A stretch of DNA of 64,000 nt, taken from the IMG/VR virus record IMGVR_UViG_3300044535_001920, positions 603 to 64,602 of that record, one strand, 5' to 3'. The notes under the pieces are model-generated. The model made no database searches. It was not told where the DNA came from and saw nothing but the letters and a program-made list of their open reading frames with translations. The DNA comes from a virus (Duplodnaviria > Caudoviricetes). Below are positions 58,698-64,000 of this stretch, one piece after another. The translations under genes and the position numbers were made by a program. How positions within the stretch are numbered: position 1 is the stretch's first letter; each line of letters starts with the position of its first letter.

Positions 58698-59278
58698 GAA
58701 CTTCCTTTCTTTATTGCACTATATAAACTTTTCGCAAAACTCTTTGGGTTTTTTGTTTTTGTTCTTTTTTGAATCCATTCCCAATTTACTGTTATCCATT
58801 CAGTTAAATTTACACCACTATAAATTTTACCAGTCATCATATCTACAATTTTGAATTCTTTTGCTGTAATTCTAATCATATTCCCTTTTCTGGAAATCCA
58901 TCTTAGATTCTCTGCATGATTATTCAATTTATTAGAGTCAATGTGATCGATTTCTGTAAGGTTCTCTGGGTTTTCTACAAAACACTCCGCAATTAATCTA
59001 TGAGTATAATATTTGATTTGTTTTGTGGTTCTCCCCATCTCATCCTTCAGGGAAATATTCACAGACATATATCTGTCCTTTGGATTGCTCCCACCCCTCG
59101 GATTTTGATTTATTTCTCTCAGTTCCCCCCTCTCAGAGGAACATCCCTTTACTCCTTTGATGTATTTCTTATACCACTCAGTGAAAACTCTTCCATCCTC
59201 AGAGACATAATACCCATCGAACCTTGTGGGTAAAATTTTTTCTCGGAAAATTTTTTTATTTTTCATTGAATAATTCAA
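58673..59278 (-). CDS. Free-standing HNH homing endonuclease (NUMOD4/HNH_3-like)
   Basis: YYVSEDGRV, YMSVNI, THRLIAECFVENP..EIDHIDSNKLNNHAENLRW. Confidence 0.88.
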   Translation of the reverse strand: MNYSMKNKKIFREKILPTRFDGYYVSEDGRVFTEWYKKYIKGVKGCSSERGELREINQNPRGGSNPKDRYMSVNISLKDEMGRTTKQIKYYTHRLIAECFVENPENLTEIDHIDSNKLNNHAENLRWISRKGNMIRITAKEFKIVDMMTGKIYSGVNLTEWITVNWEWIQKRTKTKNPKSFAKSLYSAIKKGSSCGKIKKA

Positions 59279-59665
59279 GGTCTCTGGGTAAGGTTTATAG
59301 ATTAGGGTAGTAGGGCACTTTTACTTTTAGGGGGGGGGGCATCGGTTCTTTATAATAATACCCAACAATCGCAAATCACTGTCAATTAGAATTAAACAGC
59401 ACTGTTTTATTCTTATAACGAACAATAACGAATAATAATATACTATACTGGGTATAAAGAATAAAAAACTATTACCAGGGTATTAGTGATAACGAAGGGG
59501 CACACATAACGAATTAAGTGTCACTGTGCGATTAGAATAGAAAACCCTACCCCAGGTATGACTATAGGACGAATCATCCGAGTTGTCAACACATAAGGAC
59601 GAAACATAAAGGACGAAACAGTACTGCTTGATTCTTATATAAAACTATACCTAGGGTATTATACC

Positions 59666-59728
59666 TGTGGAAAACTCTTATACTTTTTCCACAGCCCTGT
59701 GGAAAACTATTGTGGAAACTGTGGAAAA
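59666..59728. promoter_or_regulatory. Cluster of cyanobacterial-type DnaA-box-like 9-mers
   Basis: TGTGGAAAA 59666, TTTTCCACA 59685, TGTGGAAAA 59698, TGTGGAAAC 59711 (1 mismatch), TGTGGAAAA 59720. Confidence 0.65.
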
Positions 59729-60046
59729 CTTTATATCGACCCCTGTGCAATTCTTATAAGTCCTAGGTGTTTATAACGAATTCCCTCTCCTCCCGCCCTA
59801 TAAATCTAGCACGAATGGCATAAGACTCATAAGACGAATAGACAGAGCACGAAGTGTCCTTGGACGAATGAAACTCACGAGTATTATGAGTCTTATGGAC
59901 GAACAAATAAAAATCCTCCGAGTCTCATAAGACGTATGAGTTTCTTTGAGACCCATTGCTATAACTCATCATACACGAACTTGACATAAGAATCAAAACG
60001 TGCTGGGGAGTTATAGTGTGCCAGTTTGGGAGGTGGAAAAATGCTC

Positions 60047-60075
60047 TTGACTTTTCTGGGGTTTTATGATACAAT
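60047..60075 (+). promoter_or_regulatory. Sigma70-type promoter with no downstream + strand gene
   Basis: TTGACT-17nt-TACAAT with extended -10 TG; preceded by TGTGCCA-N10-TGGAAAA. Confidence 0.7.
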
Positions 60076-60168
60076 GCACGCTTAGACGGCAATAAAATCA
60101 CATAATAACAGGGTATAAGAGAAGGTTTTCCAGACGATTAGAAGAACTAAAAGAGGTATAACACATAG

Positions 60169-60190
60169 TTTTCCACAACCCTGTGGAAAA
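60169..60190. promoter_or_regulatory. Inverted pair of DnaA-box-like 9-mers
   Basis: TTTTCCACA-ACCC-TGTGGAAAA, same geometry as 59685-59706, next to the AT-rich tract. Confidence 0.65.
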
Positions 60191-60266
60191 AGAACAAAAC
60201 ACACATATATGTTTTTTAATACATTTTTTTTAATTATCTTTTTTAACGATAATACATTAAAATAGA

Positions 60267-60389
60267 TTATTTTACCTTATTCATCTCTGTTTCTACTGTA
60301 TAAAACATACCGATTACCATAAGAGATAAAGAAACTGATAAGGTAATAGAGTTGAATATACTAGGAAGAATCGGTATTGATTGCTTCAT
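60267..60389 (-). CDS. Small putative membrane peptide, 40 aa
   Basis: MKQSIPILPSIFNSITLSVSLSLMVIGMFYTVETEMNKVK; last ORF of the packed early run. Confidence 0.45.
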   Translation of the reverse strand: MKQSIPILPSIFNSITLSVSLSLMVIGMFYTVETEMNKVK

Positions 60390-60393
60390 AGTA

Positions 60394-60549
60394 TTAGGTA
60401 TTCAGTTCTACTTGAGCAGAGGTGAGAGAATCAATGATTTCTTCGCATAAGTCATACTCATCAGTATTGAAATCAGAAGTCATTTGCTCTAGACAATAAA
60501 GAAGCAATTCAATCTGATCTTCATTTAACCTAACAAATGTTTCTTTCAT
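60394..60549 (-). CDS. Hypothetical protein, 51 aa
   Basis: MKETFVRLNEDQIELLLYCLEQM...; packed between its neighbours. Confidence 0.6.
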   Translation of the reverse strand: MKETFVRLNEDQIELLLYCLEQMTSDFNTDEYDLCEEIIDSLTSAQVELNT

Positions 60550-60553
60550 TGTA

Positions 60554-60853
60554 TTAGTAAGATGCTGATTCAAGTGTAAGATTTTCTTTTCTTGAGAGTT
60601 GATCTACTTGATGAGACATTTCATCTCTTACACTCTTGTAAATTGTTTCATAAATTGAATCATAACAATCTAGATTGATAAGAACTTGTTCTGCTAGTTC
60701 ATCAGTATAAGGATAAACAATTTCATTACGATTGTAATCATAATGTGCCAAATCTTCTTTTATGTTCTGTGTAGTATAAATGACTGAGAAGATTGTTTCA
60801 TTTGGATCAAGTTTTTCAAGTTGATTGATAACGTCTTTGACTGTTTGTTTCAT
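60554..60853 (-). CDS. Hypothetical early protein
   Basis: 99 aa, TVKDVINQLEKLDPN start, ATGA overlap with the upstream gene. Confidence 0.65.
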   Translation of the reverse strand: MKQTVKDVINQLEKLDPNETIFSVIYTTQNIKEDLAHYDYNRNEIVYPYTDELAEQVLINLDCYDSIYETIYKSVRDEMSHQVDQLSRKENLTLESASY

Positions 60854-61044
60854 TTACTTAGATTGATGAGTTCTTTTTGAATGTTAAGGACTTCTTCTTT
60901 GTCCTCACAGTTGAATAGATCTACAGGAGCAAACTCAGAAATGTTGATGGAGTTATCACTGTAGATAGGAGCATAATACAACTCTTGAGAATCAGTGTCA
61001 AGAGTATAAATGCAGGAATGGTTTTCTTTTTGAAGAATAATCAT
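60850..61044 (-). CDS. Hypothetical early protein
   Basis: 64 aa (YTLDTDSQELYYAPIY); ATGA overlaps at both ends. Confidence 0.65.
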   Translation of the reverse strand: MIILQKENHSCIYTLDTDSQELYYAPIYSDNSINISEFAPVDLFNCEDKEEVLNIQKELINLSK

Positions 61045-61124
61045 TTGATGGAGTTCAGGATAATGAGAAGTTCTTTGCCGTTAGTTGCTTTAGATAGCAG
61101 TTGAAGTTTTTCTTTGTTCTTCAT
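61041..61124 (-). CDS. Micro-protein, 27 aa
   Basis: MKNKEKLQLLSKATNGKELLIILNSIK; exactly fills the gap with translational coupling. Confidence 0.5.
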   Translation of the reverse strand: MKNKEKLQLLSKATNGKELLIILNSIK

Positions 61125-61125
61125 T

Positions 61126-61284
61126 TTAGAATTCATCAATGACTGAGTAGTTGTCAACATCAATCTCTTTCAAAAGAGTTGTGTATGCTTGAATAGATGC
61201 TTCAGTGCAATTATGGTCTTTCAAGTCTTGAATATAATACTCAAGTGCCTCGATTAACATTTGAGTGCGATTTGGTTGTTTCAT
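61126..61284 (-). CDS. Hypothetical protein, 52 aa
   Basis: MKQPNRTQMLIEALEYYIQDLKDHNC...; TAAAATG junctions. Confidence 0.6.
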   Translation of the reverse strand: MKQPNRTQMLIEALEYYIQDLKDHNCTEASIQAYTTLLKEIDVDNYSVIDEF

Positions 61285-61285
61285 T

Positions 61286-61429
61286 TTAGTTGCTCATTAC
61301 TTTTTCAAAGAGTGAATCATATGATTCTTGGTCTACACCATCAGGAATACCAACATCATTAAAGAATCCAATCAGAGATTGCAATACTTCAAGTTCTTCA
61401 GGAGTGAATCGGAAAATCAATTCAGTCAT
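61286..61429 (-). CDS. Hypothetical protein, 47 aa
   Basis: MTELIFRFTPEELEVLQSLIGFF...; coupled on both sides. Confidence 0.6.
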   Translation of the reverse strand: MTELIFRFTPEELEVLQSLIGFFNDVGIPDGVDQESYDSLFEKVMSN

Positions 61430-61620
61430 TGATAAAAATTAGGCACCCAGAGAAGTTCTACTGATTCATGATGTTGTTGAAATACTTCTTGCCACTCCAT
61501 AAAAATAGCACTTGCATTTGTCTTATCTTTTTTCTTCTTGCTCTTTGTCAGTTTAATCATTCTCTTTTCCATCTGCAAAAGAGTCTTTTCTGCTTGACGA
61601 TTCAGTTTCTCTTTATTCAT
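61426..61620 (-). CDS. Hypothetical early protein
   Basis: 64 aa; ATGA overlaps. Confidence 0.6.
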   Translation of the reverse strand: MNKEKLNRQAEKTLLQMEKRMIKLTKSKKKKDKTNASAIFMEWQEVFQQHHESVELLWVPNFYQ

Positions 61621-61772
61621 TTTGTTTTTACGATTTTAGCAGGTGAACCACAAGACCGATAAAAATCTACCATTCTCTGTGCTTCTTCAACATCAGGAAA
61701 TGATTGAAACCTCCACTCACAATCGTTGTAAGGGACTTGATAAGTAATCTGGACTTGCTTTTGAATATACAT
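61617..61772 (-). CDS. Small cyanophage-type hypothetical protein, 51 aa
   Basis: YQVPYNDCEWRFQSFPDVEEAQRMVDFYRSCGSPA. Confidence 0.65.
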   Translation of the reverse strand: MYIQKQVQITYQVPYNDCEWRFQSFPDVEEAQRMVDFYRSCGSPAKIVKTK

Positions 61773-61774
61773 GC

Positions 61775-61945
61775 TCACTTGCTCTGCGAAATCATAGTTT
61801 TAACTTCATCAAAAGACTTACATTGTCCTGCTTTAATAGCATTGAGCACATTGTAAGTCACAAAACCGCAACGTTCAGTGTGAGGGTCACAGATTGCATA
61901 ACCAGGTTGTTGAGTCTGAACGTCGAAAACAGTTTTAATCAGCAT
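61775..61945 (-). CDS. Hypothetical protein, 56 aa
   Basis: MLIKTVFDVQTQQPGYAICDPHTERCGFVTY... Confidence 0.55.
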   Translation of the reverse strand: MLIKTVFDVQTQQPGYAICDPHTERCGFVTYNVLNAIKAGQCKSFDEVKTMISQSK

Positions 61946-61985
61946 TGATGTTTTTTATGTGGGACAGATGGAAAGAAAGAAAGAA

Positions 61986-62225
61986 CTATTGATAGAATCG
62001 GTTCTTAATTTCATCACACAAACTCTTGAGTTTGCGAACATCAGAAATATATGCTACATCAGGATGATAATGATCTTCAAAACTTGCATAACCAAGAACA
62101 TCAACAATGTCCTGAACAGTCAAATCACCGTGCTCTTGCAACTCACATTCATCAAACTGATTAAAGTATCGAGTCAGAAAGAACAGAGCATCAGAGTAGA
62201 TAGTTTCAGTGAGAGTTTGAGTCAT
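61986..62225 (-). CDS. Hypothetical protein, 79 aa
   Basis: Start reassigned to MTQTLTETIY; the longer call runs through a pyrimidine tract. Confidence 0.6.
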   Translation of the reverse strand: MTQTLTETIYSDALFFLTRYFNQFDECELQEHGDLTVQDIVDVLGYASFEDHYHPDVAYISDVRKLKSLCDEIKNRFYQ

Positions 62226-62262
62226 TGTTGGTAAGAAAGAAAAAGGAAGGAAAGAGAAAGAA

Positions 62263-62436
62263 CTACACAAGAGTCAGAGCATCTTTCTTCTGTTTGGGGT
62301 TTTGAACTTGCTTTACCCAAGCAGACTTGCGATAAGAACCAACTTGCGAAGGAAGTTTTTGCTTACCCTGAACCTCATTGATAAGAGAAATGAAATTGAT
62401 GAAGAATTGCTTTTCCATTCGTTGAGCAGCAGTCAT
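62263..62436 (-). CDS. Hypothetical protein, 57 aa
   Basis: MTAAQRMEKQFFINFISLINEVQGKQKLPSQ...; first ORF after repeat copy 1. Confidence 0.6.
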   Translation of the reverse strand: MTAAQRMEKQFFINFISLINEVQGKQKLPSQVGSYRKSAWVKQVQNPKQKKDALTLV

Positions 62437-62450
62437 CTTAATTCAAATAA

Positions 62451-62556
62451 ACAATGGGTCTTGGGTGGGACAGGCACCCCTGCTCCCTCCACCCTCTTAA
62501 TATAGCACCTTTTGAGCACCGTGCTCTTTTAGTGTGCCAGTGCTACAGGTGGCACA
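62451..62556 (-). promoter_or_regulatory. Repeated operator-promoter-stem-loop unit, copy 1
   Basis: TGTGCCA-N10-TGGCACA palindrome, TGn-TATATT -10, then AAGAGGGTGGAGGGAGCAGG...CTGTCCCACC hairpin. Confidence 0.75.
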
Positions 62557-62580
62557 TGGTATCAGAGACTCACCTTGAGA

Positions 62581-62811
62581 CTATGATTCTTTATCCCAAT
62601 GATGCTTCCAATCATAATCCTCATAATATCCACTCTTTACAATATCATTATAAACAGTGGGAAGATTGTGAATCTTTGCTTTATCCCTATTTCGAAGTTC
62701 TACTTCATTATCGTGAATGAGAGTTTCAAGTTGCTTGATTTCATTAAATGTCTTTGGTCGTCGATATGGGTAATAATCAGAAGAATTACCGTTTCGTTGT
62801 GTTTTAGACAT
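62581..62811 (-). CDS. Hypothetical early protein
   Basis: 76 aa (YRRPKTFNE...LPTVYNDI). Confidence 0.65.
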   Translation of the reverse strand: MSKTQRNGNSSDYYPYRRPKTFNEIKQLETLIHDNEVELRNRDKAKIHNLPTVYNDIVKSGYYEDYDWKHHWDKES

Positions 62812-62836
62812 TGGTTTTTCCTTTTGTTAATTTAGG

Positions 62837-63076
62837 TCAGAGTTGAGACAGCACCCACATCATTGCAGAAACTTCGTGTTTAGTATTCCATCCACTTACA
62901 TCCTCAGTCAGATTACCATTCGGTCGGAAGATACCAACTTCATAAGTTTCTTCATCAATTCTACCATACAATCCAGGACCAGCAACTACACTAATCTCCC
63001 AATCATTCTCAAACTTATGCCTTGCAGCAATCGCATTCGGAATGTTGTGCGGTTCAAACTTCAGAAGATCAAACAT
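62837..63076 (-). CDS. Hypothetical early protein
   Basis: 79 aa (HKFENDWEISVVAG..LYG..TYEVGI), a common small phage protein pattern. Confidence 0.7.
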   Translation of the reverse strand: MFDLLKFEPHNIPNAIAARHKFENDWEISVVAGPGLYGRIDEETYEVGIFRPNGNLTEDVSGWNTKHEVSAMMWVLSQL

Positions 63077-63097
63077 CGGAAAAAAAAGATAAAGAAC

Positions 63098-63676
63098 TCA
63101 ACCGAACAGTTTAGCACAAACAGGACCAATTCCCATCTGTACAGAGAGAGGGTCATTCAGAGTGCGACCACAAATAGAGCAAGAACCAGATTCGTGCCCA
63201 TAAATCTTTGCGAGTTGCAGAAGATTATCATTGGCATCCTCCAGCAGATTCTTTACATCCTCACTGACATTACCTTTCAACTCACCATTTTGAGTAATCT
63301 TACCAACGTATTGGTTGTTTTCAAACAAGTAAACACAACCGATATTTGCACCCTTATTCACAGTGGAGAGAGTAATACCAGGCAGTCGGACTTGAAACTT
63401 GGTCTTGCGATTCTTACCTGCATCATATATTTTCTCCACCAGGTTAATATATTCACCCTTCTTTGCAGGAGTTTGAGAATCAATCACACTTTGAGTTGCA
63501 AGATAGTGCATCCAAGCAATTTGCTTTTCGGACACTTTCTTCTTCTCAACCAGACTCATTGCAAAGTTATTATACGACATTTGCTGACGCAGATAATTCC
63601 GCACATCATTCACATCAGTGAAAGCAGAATCAAAATTGATTTCTTGACCTTGCTTTTCAATCGTGAAAGAAGTCAT
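63098..63676 (-). CDS. Zn-ribbon protein (DUF6011-like C-terminus)
   Basis: CSICGRTLNDPLSVQMGIGPVCAK. Confidence 0.75.
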   Translation of the reverse strand: MTSFTIEKQGQEINFDSAFTDVNDVRNYLRQQMSYNNFAMSLVEKKKVSEKQIAWMHYLATQSVIDSQTPAKKGEYINLVEKIYDAGKNRKTKFQVRLPGITLSTVNKGANIGCVYLFENNQYVGKITQNGELKGNVSEDVKNLLEDANDNLLQLAKIYGHESGSCSICGRTLNDPLSVQMGIGPVCAKLFG

Positions 63677-63685
63677 AAAGAATTA

Positions 63686-63791
63686 ACAATGGGACTCAGG
63701 TGGGACAGTGCGACCTGCTCCCTCCACCCTCTTAATCTACCAGAAAAAAGTGCCAGTGCCCGTTTAGTGTGCCACTAGAATAAGTGGCACA
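63686..63791 (-). promoter_or_regulatory. Repeated operator-promoter-stem-loop unit, copy 2
   Basis: Same 106-bp layout as 62451-62556: TGTGCCA-N10-TGGCACA, TGn-TAGATT, GGTGG...CCACC hairpin. Confidence 0.75.
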
Positions 63792-63805
63792 TCCCAACAC
63801 TAGAC

Positions 63806-64000
63806 TCACACAGTCTGATGCGACAATGCAAACTTCACAATTTCAGTGCGATTATTCTTATATTCAAGAATCAAATCTACAATCGCATCAATATCATCTG
63901 GATTGGGTTCTTCATCACACTCATCTTTTGCAAGTGCAGTAAAAATACTCGCAATCTCAAAGTCTGATTCAAACAGAATGTTCCGATGATTATCAATCTC
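63806..64000 (-). CDS. Hypothetical acidic protein, 5'-truncated by window edge
   Basis: Open frame EIDNHRNILFESDFEIASIF...FALSHQTV*. Confidence 0.55.
   Translation of the reverse strand, partial: EIDNHRNILFESDFEIASIFTALAKDECDEEPNPDDIDAIVDLILEYKNNRTEIVKFALSHQTV

Larger units (their letters stand above)
59280..60265. other. ~1 kb non-coding, motif-dense region; putative replication origin/control region
   Basis: No ORF of 60 aa or more. Contains a G10 run, 14 co-oriented ACGAA, six TTTTCCACA boxes, inverted repeats, a + strand promoter and an AT-rich tract at ~60200-60280. Confidence 0.6.

Noticed and set aside
58673-59278. Group I intron around the HNH gene
   Set aside because: No interrupted host gene and no recognisable intron core in the flanks.
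59400-60000. Possible CRISPR or mini-array
   Set aside because: Repeats are only 5-9 nt and irregularly spaced; there is no constant 23-47 nt repeat with unique spacers and no cas gene.
62843-63778. 311-aa + strand ORF
   Set aside because: Antisense shadow of two good minus-strand genes and a promoter repeat; no recognisable motifs.

Overview
This is a 64 kb AT-rich segment of a large T4-like myovirus. Gene content and order (gp25-gp6-gp7-gp8-VrlC-like, speD, carbamoyltransferases, TATAAATA late promoters, small early ORFs) point to a Kyanoviridae-type cyanophage, though the host is inferred. Almost everything is on the minus strand. Reading in transcription order: (1) small early ORFs with two copies of a 106-bp operator/promoter/stem-loop unit (60.3-64 kb); (2) a ~1 kb motif-dense non-coding region with cyanobacterial-type DnaA boxes, probably an origin (59.3-60.3 kb); (3) an HNH endonuclease, GT2-like protein, basic micro-proteins, an ATP-grasp-like protein and speD; (4) baseplate and fibre genes, with gp7 apparently split by an inserted fibre cassette (12-55.7 kb); (5) two ~10%-cysteine Gly-rich fibre-like paralogs followed by a tailoring cluster. 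That cluster holds two sulfotransferases, a 2OG-Fe(II) hydroxylase, a GT9 whose catalytic Asp appears replaced by Arg, two carbamoyltransferases and a split NDP-heptose pathway. The best candidate for an undescribed system is block (5), a phage-encoded virion protein decoration pathway, possibly S-linked heptosylation. All calls come from reading motifs by eye; no searches were run.
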